Assembly (NCBI GenBank): GCA_036833535.1
Contig: DAITPO010000002.1
Coordinates: 36,687-100,686 of the forward strand
Direction of reading: 5' to 3'
DNA length: 64,000 bases
Origin: Candidatus Acidiferrales bacterium
GTDB taxonomy: Bacteria; Acidobacteriota; Terriglobia; Acidiferrales; UBA7541
Part shown: positions 1 to 8,297 of the stretch, piece after piece
How the letters are laid out: the number at the start of each line of letters is the position of its first letter
Position numbering within the stretch: the stretch's first letter is position 1
Program-made: the position numbers and the translations under genes
The notes under the pieces: generated by a model
Seen by the model: the letters and a program-made list of their open reading frames with translations, nothing else
What the model was told of the DNA's origin: nothing
Databases searched by the model: none

Positions 1-220
1 ATTTATGCGTCAGCGTGAGCGCCTGTCCCGCGCGCAAGGGAGAATTCAGCGCCAGCAGCGCCCCATGCGCATTCACCACCAGCGTGCGCGCCTCTTCCTG
101 AAATTCCTTGCCGTCGGCGAGCACACCTTTCACCAGCACCGGCACGCTCAAAAGCACGCGCGCGCTGCGCCGTTTCTTCTGCTCGGCGACAAGGCTACCC
201 GTCTGTGTGTGCTGAGCCAT
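1..220 (-). CDS. PilZ-domain protein, N-terminal 73 codons (gene runs off the left edge)
   Basis: Hand translation of the minus strand from ATG at 220-218 gives MAQHTQTGSLVAEQKKRRSARVLLSVPVLVKGVLADGKEFQEEARTLVVNAHGALLALNSPLRAGQALTLTHK, open to the window edge. RRSAR (RxxxR) plus the VNAHGALL block are PilZ-like. It is not in the ORF track because there is no in-window stop. Confidence 0.5.
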   Translation of the reverse strand, partial: MAQHTQTGSLVAEQKKRRSARVLLSVPVLVKGVLADGKEFQEEARTLVVNAHGALLALNSPLRAGQALTLTHK

Positions 221-302
221 TGTCTAATGATAGAGGGTAAAGCGAGCTTTTATGCCGCGATATCTGGTACAGCAAACGCGTTTCAGTAAACAGCGAACGC
301 GC

Positions 303-1658
303 TCAGCAAAGCACAATTTTCTCGCGGCCCTTGGCCACCCGCCGCGTCGCATTCCGCGAATCCACCACCAGCTTCGCGGACTCTACAATCGCGTTGTAGT
401 CGTACGACGTATGGTCCGTGGCGATAAGCACACAGTCGTAGGAGGCCAGGGCGGCGGGAGTCAGCTCCACCGAGCGCATCTGCGAAAAATCGTAATGGCG
501 CATCTTGTGCAGCGCCGGGAAATAGGGATCGTTGTAGTCCAGCTTCGCCCCACGCGCCGTCAGCAACTCGAGCAGCTTCAGCGAAGGCGATTCGCGCAAA
601 TCGTCCACGTCCTTCTTATAGGCGACGCCCAGCAGCAAAATCTTCGAGCCCTTCAAGCTCTTCTGCCGCTCGTTCAACGCATCCGCCACCGAACTGACCA
701 CGTGATACGGCATCGAAGTATTGATCTCGCCCGCCAATTCGATAAATCGCGTGGCGAAATCGAACTCGCGCGCCTTCCACGACAAATAGTAAGGATCTAC
801 AGGAATGCAATGACCGCCCAATCCCGGCCCGGGATAAAACGGCATGAATCCGAAAGGCTTCGTCGCCGCGCTGTCGATCACTTCCCAGATATCGATATCC
901 ATGCGCAGCCCGAGCAGCTTCAATTCGTTCACCAGCGCGATATTCACGCAGCGGAAAATATTTTCGAGCAGCTTCACCATCTCGGCCGCTCGCGTCGAGC
1001 TCACCGGCACCACTTTCGACACGATCTGCGCATAAAGATTCGCCGCCGCCCGCGCGCTTGGCGGATTCGTTCCGCCCACAACTTTCGGAATCTGCGCCAG
1101 GCCGAATTGCTTGTTTCCAGGATCCTCGCGCTCCGGCGAAAACGCCAAATAATAATCCGTTGCGACATTTTCCGATCCCGCAGCGCGCGTGATCGGGCAC
1201 CTGAGTCCGCCGCGCTCCAATATGGGCAGTACCAATTCTTCCGTGGTACCCGGATAGGTCGTGCTCTCGAGCACAATCAATTGTCCGCGCTGCAAATTCG
1301 GCGCGATCGAAAGCGCCGTCTGCTCCACATAGCTCAAATCCGGCTCGCGGCGTTCATCTAGCGGCGTCGGCACGCAGATCAGCACCGCATCCATCTCGCG
1401 CAGCTTGGTGAAATCGGTGGTCGCCCCGAATCGCCCGCCCTTCACGTGCTCGGCAATTTTCGCCGCAGGAATATGCTGGATGTAGCTCTGCCCCGCGTTC
1501 AGCTTCTCCACTTTCCCGGGATCGGTGTCGAAGCCCGTTACGCGCTGCCCGGTCTCCGCAAAGCGCAACGCCAGCGGCAATCCCACGTAGCCGCACCCGA
1601 TAATCCCGATGCGAATGTCTTTCCCAGCAAAAAATTCCGGCTTCCGATCCGCGCCCAT
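303..1658 (-). CDS. Nucleotide-sugar dehydrogenase (UDP-glucose/GDP-mannose dehydrogenase family, UDP-N-acetylhexosamine dehydrogenase-like)
   Basis: ORF 303..1799(-). It has the Rossmann motif IGIIGCGYVGLPLA and the catalytic Cys block GGHCIPVDPYYL, with family-typical length. I moved the start to the internal Met (MGADRKPEFFAGKDIRIG...) just before the GxGxxG motif. The 47 upstream codons look like a GC-driven extension. Confidence 0.85.
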   Translation of the reverse strand: MGADRKPEFFAGKDIRIGIIGCGYVGLPLALRFAETGQRVTGFDTDPGKVEKLNAGQSYIQHIPAAKIAEHVKGGRFGATTDFTKLREMDAVLICVPTPLDERREPDLSYVEQTALSIAPNLQRGQLIVLESTTYPGTTEELVLPILERGGLRCPITRAAGSENVATDYYLAFSPEREDPGNKQFGLAQIPKVVGGTNPPSARAAANLYAQIVSKVVPVSSTRAAEMVKLLENIFRCVNIALVNELKLLGLRMDIDIWEVIDSAATKPFGFMPFYPGPGLGGHCIPVDPYYLSWKAREFDFATRFIELAGEINTSMPYHVVSSVADALNERQKSLKGSKILLLGVAYKKDVDDLRESPSLKLLELLTARGAKLDYNDPYFPALHKMRHYDFSQMRSVELTPAALASYDCVLIATDHTSYDYNAIVESAKLVVDSRNATRRVAKGREKIVLC

Positions 1659-1946
1659 CCGCTCTACGCTCCTGACTTTCGCTGCAATTTCACTGCAGAC
1701 GAACAACCGTTCGACTATAGCAAGTTTTCCGCGCGTGCATCCTTCTCCATCCAGCCCGAGTGCAGCAAACGCCAACTCCGTACATCGCCTCCTGCGCAAG
1801 CGGGGCCCGGGGTGCCTCCGCCTGGGCGGACGCCGTGGTTCCGCGTGGGGCTATCGTGCAGACGGCCCTCTCACGTCGCAACCGCGCGACCAACTCGGCT
1901 TCCACCGTCCTCGACGCCTCACTGCTCATCCTGTATTCTGCGGTCC

Positions 1947-2333
1947 ATGGACATCGACTGGCTCCGCCGCGTCTGTCTCTCTCTTCCCCACGCCACGGAA
2001 CAAATCCAATGGGAAGATGATTTGGTTTTCAAAGTCGGCGGAAAAATGTTCGCGGTGGCCCGCCTCGAGCCTGCGCGCGTCTGGCTTTCGCTCAAGACCA
2101 GCCCGGAAGAATTCGCCGAGCTTGTCGAACGCCCGGGCATCATCCCAGCCCCCTATCTGGCCCGCGCCCACTGGGTCGCCCTCGAATCCGAATCCGCTCT
2201 TCCGCGCCACGAACTCGAGCGCCTCCTACGCCTGGCCCACTCCCTGGTCGTCGCGAAACTCCCGAAAAAACTTCAAGCCGCACTCCTCGCAGAGAAGCCC
2301 CGCGCAAAGAAGGCCCGCATTCGCAAACCATAA
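1947..2333 (+). CDS. MmcQ/YjbR-family protein
   Basis: Last 128 codons of ORF 1446..2333(+), starting MDIDWLRRVCLSLPHATEQIQWEDDLVFKVGGKMFAV. This pattern is typical of the YjbR/MmcQ fold family. The upstream part of the ORF is Pro/Arg-rich and overlaps the divergent promoter region. Confidence 0.7.
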   Translation: MDIDWLRRVCLSLPHATEQIQWEDDLVFKVGGKMFAVARLEPARVWLSLKTSPEEFAELVERPGIIPAPYLARAHWVALESESALPRHELERLLRLAHSLVVAKLPKKLQAALLAEKPRAKKARIRKP

Positions 2334-2427
2334 ATCGCCGAATCGTACCGCTGGCGACACTCCATCCCATTCCGTCTCCCTCGAGAAACGTGAAATCCCC
2401 CTCCTCGATGTTATATCCTGCTGTACG

Positions 2428-2504
2428 GGGCCCGTAGCTCAGCTGGTCAGAGCGATGGACTCATAATCCGTTGGTCCCAGGTTCGAATCCTGGCGGGCCC
2501 ACCA
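2428..2504 (+). tRNA. tRNA with anticodon CAT (elongator Met, or Ile2 if lysidine-modified), CCA encoded
   Basis: A cloverleaf can be read directly. Acceptor is GGGCCCG/CGGGCCC, D-arm TAGCTCAGCTGGTCAGAGCG, anticodon stem ATGGA/TCCGT with loop CTCATAA, T-arm CCAGGTTCGAATCCTGG, then A-CCA. The G1-C72 pair argues against an initiator tRNA. Confidence 0.9.
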
Positions 2505-2628
2505 TCTTTTTCCTGACTTGGCTTTGCGGGGCGTGTTTTCGCTCGCGGCACTCCGCCCCATTCGTCCCCTGCCTTCCCGAAATTCTGTGCCCCTGCTTGT
2601 TCTTCGCGGCTCTGAATCGCTGCTTGCT

Positions 2629-2799
2629 CTACCTGAGATCGCATGTGACTGCAAAGTCGAGCATTTGACGGCTAACCCGTCCCGCGAGCGCCCTAATTAA
2701 TTGCTCGCGCACGATTGGATTTTCGGCGAGTCGCGAAATAAGTGTGTGTCGCAGGTCGTGTGGCCTGCAAGACGGGCTTGCGGCCTTACAAGCGATTCG
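2629..2799 (-). pseudogene. Tyrosine recombinase (integrase) C-terminal stump
   Basis: Hand translation of the minus strand 2799->2632 gives RIACKAASPSCRPHDLRHTLISRLAENPIVREQLIRALAGRVSRQMLDFAVTCDLR, then TAG at 2631-2629. The HDLRHT box and the ALAG-VSRxML tail are integrase-like. The frame is closed upstream by an in-frame TGA (2802-2800). The usual catalytic Tyr position (ML-x-x-Y-S-H) reads MLDFAV. Only 56 codons are recognisable. Confidence 0.6.
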
Positions 2800-3102
2800 T
2801 CATGCCTTGCACGATGCTCGACGGCCTCCCCAAAACCTTCCAGTAGAGCCTAGGTCGTCTCGTTTCCAAGCCTTGGGCCGGTCGCGCCGTAATCGAAGCA
2901 CCACGGCCAACGCCACGAGACGGCGTGACCATTGGGACAGAAAAGTACCTGTACGGAACGTTGAACCTGAACCGGCCCGGCGGACAGTGCCTGCCATAAA
3001 TCCACACTCGTAGCCTAGTTCCAGTAGGTAGACATCCGTCAGCGCAAATCTCCTGACGGAGCAGCGACAGGCTTCTGGGCAGATATTTACCGGGGGAAGC
3101 AA

Positions 3103-6100
3103 ATGCGAGCACAGAATGGAATGAACCTACAGCGGCGGTTGATGTCGTGGGGGCAAATCGCCCTGTTATTCGCCGCTGCCCTGAACGCCGGATATATTGG
3201 GCTAACAAGTCCTAACGCGCAGGCAAAGACGTTGACGGACACGCCTCCCGTCGCGAGCGCGGTCTCCGCAACCAGCGCGACGATTACATGGGGCACAAAT
3301 CTGCCCAGCACATCCCAAGTTGTGTACGGCCGGACCACAGCTTACGGGGCGTCTTCGCCGTTCTATCGCGCAAAGGTCACGAACCACAAGGTTACGTTGA
3401 CGAATCTCTCCGTGGGAGTCGTGTATCACTACCAGTGCAGATCGCGATCGGCAAATGGCAGCAGCATTGTGACCCCTGACGCGACGTTTACCACCGGCGC
3501 CGGCACCGTAGACACCACCCCGCCGACGGTTTCCATCACTGCGCCTGGGAATGGCGCGACAGTTTCGGGCTCAGTCACGGTCAGTGCAAACGCGTCGGAT
3601 AACGTCGCGGTGGCAAGCGTTCAATTTGAATTGGATGGAGCTAATGCTGGTTCCCCGGTCACTTCGGCGCCCTACAGCTATTCATGGAACACGGCATCCT
3701 CCGCAAATGGGAGTCACACGCTTTCGGCGGTGGCTGTAGATACATCTGGAAACGCAGCGACGAGCGCCGTTGTAACTGTCACGGTCAACAATACGACCGC
3801 GACACCGCCGACGGTCTCGATTACTTCGCCGGCGAGTAATGCAACCGTGAGCGGGACGATGACGGTGAATGCGACGGCCTCCGCTAGCGCTGGAATCGCC
3901 AGCGTGCAGATGCAGGTCGACGGCGCAAATGTGGGAGCAGCGGACACGGCCTCGCCGTACAGCTTCTCTTGGACCACGTCTTCGGTCGCCAACGGCAGCC
4001 ACACGCTGACGGCGGTAGCCAAGGATACGACCGGGAACTCCGCGACGAGCGCTGGCGTGAGTGTGACTGTGAGCAACGCTCCGCCCGCAGTTTCAATCTC
4101 TTCGCCGACAAGCGGCGCGACTGTGACGGGTACGATCACCGTCAGCGCCAGCGCTTCGAGCAGCACTGGCATGGCTTCCGTACAACTCCAGGTTGATGGC
4201 AGTAGCGTCGGTTCGGCAGACACAAGTTCCCCTTATAGTTTCTCGTTGAACACCGCTAACTATTCGAATGGAAGTCACGCGCTGACTGTGGTTGCAAAAG
4301 ATACCGCGGGCAACAGCGCAACCAGCACCGCAGCAAATGTAACCGTCAGCAACCAGTCGGGCTCCTCCGGGACGCTTGGCTGGACCGACATTACCAACCA
4401 ACAGTTAAGCGGCAACTGTCCCCCGAACAATTATGGCGGCTACGGTTATAACTTCGCTTCCAATTGCAATGGCGTTGTTGATGCCTGGTCGGGTGGGATT
4501 GCCGATACAACCAGGAACCGGCTGTGGTTTTGGGGCGGCGGGCATACGGACTACGCCGGAAACGAGATCTACTATTACGATCTGAATTCGCAAGCAGTCG
4601 TGCGTGCCGATAATCCTTCTGACCCCACTCCCACTTGCACTCCGGGCTATTCCGACGGTACGCCCAGCTCCTCGCATACCTATGGAGGCCTTACTTACAT
4701 TCCCGGCGCTGATGTGCTGTTCTTCTTCGGCGGTGGCGGCTACTGCCCTTCGGGATTCTCCGCAGACGACACTTGGACATTGAGCCTTGCGAACGTCGGC
4801 TCAGGAGCGCAAAAGGGCTGGCAAAACATGGACGCCACGCTAGGGAACAACGGGGTTCATCCATGCAACGACTATTACAACAGTCAGGCCGCCTACGATC
4901 CAAACACTCAGCTTGTATTTGTGAACGATACTTGCCAGGGACTATGGACTTATAACTACTCTACGAACTCCTACACTTTCCTGGCGAGTGCACCAGACAA
5001 TATGTCCCTGTATGAAGACATAGTGATCGATCCAAGCCGAAAGCTCCTCTTGAGATTCGGCGGAGGAACGGCGGAGAAAATCAGCATTGCGCCAGGTAGC
5101 ACATATGCGGTGACGAAGCTGACTGGAACGGGTTGTTCGGCTCTGATGAATGCCAACAATCCGGGCTTGGCGTTCGATACCGAAACCAATCTGATTACCG
5201 GCTGGCCGAACTTTGGGTCGGTGATTTACAGTTACGACCCAGACTCAGACAGTTGCAGCACCTCGACCTACACGGCAAACGCTCCAGCTAACTCCTCACA
5301 GTCTGGATCGGCAAACACCAGTAACGGAACGTTTGGCAGATTCCAATATTTCCCTACATTGGGACTCTACGCCCTGATCAATGAGTGGAACATTGACGTT
5401 CATACCTTGAGGCTCACAAGCACAGGCGGCACCGGGACCCCGGGGAGCACCGGGGGCACCGGCAGCCAGGGCAGCGTGACGATCTCAAATGTGGCCGCGA
5501 CAAACATCACCTCCAATTCGGCAACCGTTACCTGGACCACCAGCCCCTCGGGCACGTCGCAGGTGATGTACGGCACGACCTCGAACATGGGGTCATCCAC
5601 GACGGAAAACACAACCCTTTCAACCAGCCATTCCCAAACGATCTCCGGGCTGACTCCGAATACGCTGTACTACTACGGCGTGCAGTCGGTGGACTCTAGC
5701 GGGACCTCGGCCCTTGGCACTGGCTATTCGTTCGGCACGGCCAATACGTCCGCGCCTGCTACGCCGCCGACGGTGTCCATGACGGCGCCTGCAAGCGGTG
5801 CGTCGCTTTCCGGAGCGGTCACCATTTCGGCCGCCGCAACACCCGGAAGCAATGCAATTGCGAGCGTGCAATTCTTGCTCGACGGAGCCAGTTTGAGTTC
5901 AGCGGTTACAGCCTCTCCCTACAGCTTGTCGTGGAACACGACAACGGCAAGCAATGGCACGCATTCTCTTTCCGCCACGGCTACAGACACTGCCGGTAAC
6001 TCTGCAAGCGCCGCCACCGTGAGCGTCACCGTTTCCAACGCGGCGAATGCCAGTTCGGACTTCGCCGCGCGCTGTGCCACGCCGGGCGTGATTCGTTGCA

Positions 6101-7149
6101 TTAGTTTTGATACTGCAGCGACGATTACCGGGAATGCAGCACCGGGCATGCCGTTGATTATGTCCGGCCTTACAACTCCGACGATCGATAGCACGACGTA
6201 TGCGTCTGGCGGCGGGTCGCTTTTGTTCACCGTGCCGGCAGGCCCTACGGCGTCGAATACATCGGGATCATACGATATCGATTTCTCGGATGATTTTTCT
6301 CAGCAGATCGATTCGCTGATCAATGGGGATCCGGCGTCTCTCACCACTGCTTGCGGAGGCAGCCCTTGCAAGAATGAAATCTGGATCCAGTGGCGGCAGC
6401 GCTTTGACCAGGGCATGCTGCAGCACTTTGCCAACTCGGAAGGCTGGAAGCAGTTCATCGTCGGCGAAGGCGACACCTCCTCGACCCTGGCTTACTCGTG
6501 CTCGGATCTTGAAACAGTGGTCGAGAATTCAAACCAGCTCGAAATCCCACGCATGTACCACAGTTGCGGGGTGAAGCTCGACGAGTACGATCCTCTCACC
6601 GTAAACACCGGGAAAACCGACAGCAGCGGAAATGGAATCTTCTCGCCGCAGAACGCAGCGGGAGGCTACCTCAACTGCACCTACACCGCGGAAATCAATA
6701 TTCCCACCATTCCGCCGTGCGTCCCATACGTGGCCAACCAGTGGATGACGTTCCAGGTCCACATTCAGATTGGCACCTGGTATCCGGGCGGTGAGACCTC
6801 GAGCGGCGCGGCTCCGGGAACATTTAAACACGACAGCACAATCCAGTTGTATGTCGCGCAGGAAGGTCAGCCGTCGCAGCTCGTAATCGACTTCCATCCG
6901 GGCGCGACGTCCGCCGCATGCGACGCACAACAGACTGACATCCCGTCATGCCAGACGGGCTACGATTTAGTCAACCCAACGGCTTACGGACAAGCCGATG
7001 GCAACGGCAATATGATTCGTGAGAAGTTTGGGAAGATCTGGCTTCTCCCGTATCAAACGAATCTGAACTGCCCGAGCTGCACGGCCGGCCATACCTGGTA
7101 CGACGAACTTATTATTGGGTACCAGCAGATTGCTGACCCGAAGTTCTGA
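3103..7149 (+). CDS. Large secreted mosaic protein (FN3-like, 4 bacterial Ig-like repeats, Kelch/beta-propeller-like core, uncharacterised Cys-rich C-terminal domain)
   Basis: 1348-aa ORF with a signal-like N-terminus (LLFAAALNAGYIGLTSPNAQA). FN3-like blocks are SATITWGTNLPSTSQVVYG and SATVTWTTSPSGTSQVMYG. There are four ~95-aa repeats of the form TPPTVSIT-P-...ASVQ-..DG...YS-SWNT...NGSH-L-AVA-D--GN-A. Glycine-rich propeller-like strands include WFWGGGHTDYAGNEIYYYD and FFFGGGGY. Confidence 0.85.
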   Translation: MRAQNGMNLQRRLMSWGQIALLFAAALNAGYIGLTSPNAQAKTLTDTPPVASAVSATSATITWGTNLPSTSQVVYGRTTAYGASSPFYRAKVTNHKVTLTNLSVGVVYHYQCRSRSANGSSIVTPDATFTTGAGTVDTTPPTVSITAPGNGATVSGSVTVSANASDNVAVASVQFELDGANAGSPVTSAPYSYSWNTASSANGSHTLSAVAVDTSGNAATSAVVTVTVNNTTATPPTVSITSPASNATVSGTMTVNATASASAGIASVQMQVDGANVGAADTASPYSFSWTTSSVANGSHTLTAVAKDTTGNSATSAGVSVTVSNAPPAVSISSPTSGATVTGTITVSASASSSTGMASVQLQVDGSSVGSADTSSPYSFSLNTANYSNGSHALTVVAKDTAGNSATSTAANVTVSNQSGSSGTLGWTDITNQQLSGNCPPNNYGGYGYNFASNCNGVVDAWSGGIADTTRNRLWFWGGGHTDYAGNEIYYYDLNSQAVVRADNPSDPTPTCTPGYSDGTPSSSHTYGGLTYIPGADVLFFFGGGGYCPSGFSADDTWTLSLANVGSGAQKGWQNMDATLGNNGVHPCNDYYNSQAAYDPNTQLVFVNDTCQGLWTYNYSTNSYTFLASAPDNMSLYEDIVIDPSRKLLLRFGGGTAEKISIAPGSTYAVTKLTGTGCSALMNANNPGLAFDTETNLITGWPNFGSVIYSYDPDSDSCSTSTYTANAPANSSQSGSANTSNGTFGRFQYFPTLGLYALINEWNIDVHTLRLTSTGGTGTPGSTGGTGSQGSVTISNVAATNITSNSATVTWTTSPSGTSQVMYGTTSNMGSSTTENTTLSTSHSQTISGLTPNTLYYYGVQSVDSSGTSALGTGYSFGTANTSAPATPPTVSMTAPASGASLSGAVTISAAATPGSNAIASVQFLLDGASLSSAVTASPYSLSWNTTTASNGTHSLSATATDTAGNSASAATVSVTVSNAANASSDFAARCATPGVIRCISFDTAATITGNAAPGMPLIMSGLTTPTIDSTTYASGGGSLLFTVPAGPTASNTSGSYDIDFSDDFSQQIDSLINGDPASLTTACGGSPCKNEIWIQWRQRFDQGMLQHFANSEGWKQFIVGEGDTSSTLAYSCSDLETVVENSNQLEIPRMYHSCGVKLDEYDPLTVNTGKTDSSGNGIFSPQNAAGGYLNCTYTAEINIPTIPPCVPYVANQWMTFQVHIQIGTWYPGGETSSGAAPGTFKHDSTIQLYVAQEGQPSQLVIDFHPGATSAACDAQQTDIPSCQTGYDLVNPTAYGQADGNGNMIREKFGKIWLLPYQTNLNCPSCTAGHTWYDELIIGYQQIADPKF
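3517..4353 (+). repeat. Three tandem ~280-290-nt coding repeats (Ig-like modules); a fourth diverged copy lies at 5761-6042
   Basis: Seen in the translation. Units start TPPTVSITAPGNGATVSG, TPPTVSITSPASNATVSG and PPAVSISSPTSGATVTG, and each ends ...TV(T/S)V(N/S)N. Confidence 0.8.
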
Positions 7150-7435
7150 CGCAACGAGGCGGGTGCGCGAGCCATCTCGGGTGGGCTTGGCGCTCAGCGT
7201 GCCCGTCGACAGCGATACTGCGCAGGAATCGCTGGGAGTATTATCTCTCCGCGATGTCTTGCGGATTCTCGACTGCGCCCAATTTTGCGCCCGCCCTCCT
7301 TGATAACGCTTTACTGCGCGTCACCATCCTTACCTCTCACGCCGCGTGGATTCCTCGCATAACTACCTGGAGTTGGGTTCGCAGAACACGGTCTCGTAAG
7401 CAGCCACTCATTGCTTGTCTTCGCTTCCGTCGGAA

Positions 7436-7480
7436 CTCATAATCCGTTGGTGCCGGGTGTGAATCCTGGCGGGCCCTACA
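7436..7480 (+). repeat. Orphan copy of the tRNA(CAT) 3-prime half (att-like direct repeat)
   Basis: CTCATAATCCGTTGGTgCCgGGTgtGAATCCTGGCGGGCCCtaCA compared with 2460-2504 gives 39/45 identical by hand alignment. There is no matching 5-prime acceptor or D-arm upstream, so it is not a functional tRNA. Confidence 0.75.
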
Positions 7481-7508
7481 ATTTTTCTTTTTGCTGGGAG
7501 ACGAGAAA

Positions 7509-7715
7509 ATGCCCAATGACGCTCATCAAAGAGCCGCAGAGTTCCACGATCTCGCCGCGCACGCGCACCGCGTCGCGGCCACGCACCACGGTAAAGGCGA
7601 CCATCTGACCGGCCACGAATATTCCCGGCAAGCCATGGAACACTCCGCCAAAGCTTATGAACTCGCGCAGGAAGCCTTTCGAAAATCAGAAAGCGCCGCG
7701 GGCAAGAAAAAGTAA
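7509..7715 (+). CDS. Small His-rich helical protein (hypothetical)
   Basis: ORF 7491..7715. I place the start at the ATG preceded by GGGAGACGAGAAA. The sequence is MPNDAHQRAAEFHDLAAHAHRVAATHHGKGDHLTGHEY..., with repeated H-x3-A-x-H helices as in small His-rich proteins of soil bacteria. Confidence 0.45.
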   Translation: MPNDAHQRAAEFHDLAAHAHRVAATHHGKGDHLTGHEYSRQAMEHSAKAYELAQEAFRKSESAAGKKK

Positions 7716-7848
7716 CTGCAGCGGGCTAGACTTCCGCCGCCAAAATCTGCGATAACGCCGCTATGAATTCGATCGCAAATCGACTTCAACAAGCAGCGAT
7801 TCTCGAGGATCTGCCCAGTGGGATCACAAAATAATCGTGGAGGCTTTC

Positions 7849-8076
7849 ATGGCTCTCAGCTATGCGAAAAATATTCGGCCGCTATTTCGTGACGATCCCG
7901 ACGTCTCCGCAATGAAGGACTACGGCCTCGATCTTTCGTCCTACGCCGACGTGAAAAAAAGCGCACAAGCCATCTACGGCACTCTCGCCGACGGCTCGAT
8001 GCCCTGCGACGGGAAATGGCCCGCAGATCGCGTCGCGCTCTTCAAACAATGGATGGACGAAGGCATGGCGCCGTAA
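7849..8076 (+). CDS. Small conserved hypothetical protein
   Basis: ORF 7837..8076. GGAGG sits 5 nt before the ATG at 7849. The sequence is MALSYAKNIRPLFRDDPDVSAMKDYGLDLSSYADVKKSAQAIYGTLADGSMPCDGKWPADRVALFKQWMDEGMAP. Composition is ordinary and no family name is claimed. Confidence 0.5.
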   Translation: MALSYAKNIRPLFRDDPDVSAMKDYGLDLSSYADVKKSAQAIYGTLADGSMPCDGKWPADRVALFKQWMDEGMAP

Positions 8077-8297
8077 CCTCGTACCATCATTCCCAATCCC
8101 CCGTTTGAGCTCTGCCCCGCGCGGAATCGTTTCCATGCGCAATCTCGATTCAATTCATTGACTGTTCATCGTTTCTTCATCGCCTGTTCTCGCTTTCCAC
8201 GCTAAATAGCCGCAATAGTCCAGCGCAACAAGGTGTCTAGCCGGGTATACGCACGCGCTCGCTCAACTGGCCAACCCAAGACAAAGGAGAACTTGCG

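Larger units (their letters stand above)
2460..7480. mobile_element. Decayed tRNA-integrated genomic islet (~5 kb): att-like repeats, integrase remnant, one cargo gene
   Basis: The 45-nt tRNA 3-prime half (2460-2504) recurs at 7436-7480 with 39/45 identity. The integrase stump lies next to the intact tRNA. The interior looks lower in GC. See the findings. Confidence 0.55.

Noticed and set aside
252-1361. 369-aa plus-strand ORF
   Set aside because: It is fully antisense to a well-supported nucleotide-sugar dehydrogenase gene. It is extremely Arg-rich with low-complexity composition, typical of GC-driven shadow ORFs.
2786-3208. Two minus-strand ORFs (140 and 100 aa) as the missing N-terminal part of the integrase
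   Set aside because: I could not recognise integrase box I or core-binding motifs with confidence. RLRRDRPKAWKRDDL is only vaguely like the R-box and lies too close to HDLRHT. Only the 56-codon C-terminal stump is called.
7411-7608. ORF and possible second tRNA at 7432-7480
   Set aside because: The sequence matches only the anticodon-loop-to-3-prime-end half of the tRNA. No acceptor 5-prime strand or D-arm lies upstream, and the T-stem has mismatches. I treat it as an att-like remnant, not a gene.
8077-8297. Possible riboswitch (for example cobalamin) upstream of the TonB-dependent receptor
   Set aside because: I could not find the conserved B12-box or another riboswitch core by eye. A covariance-model scan would be needed.
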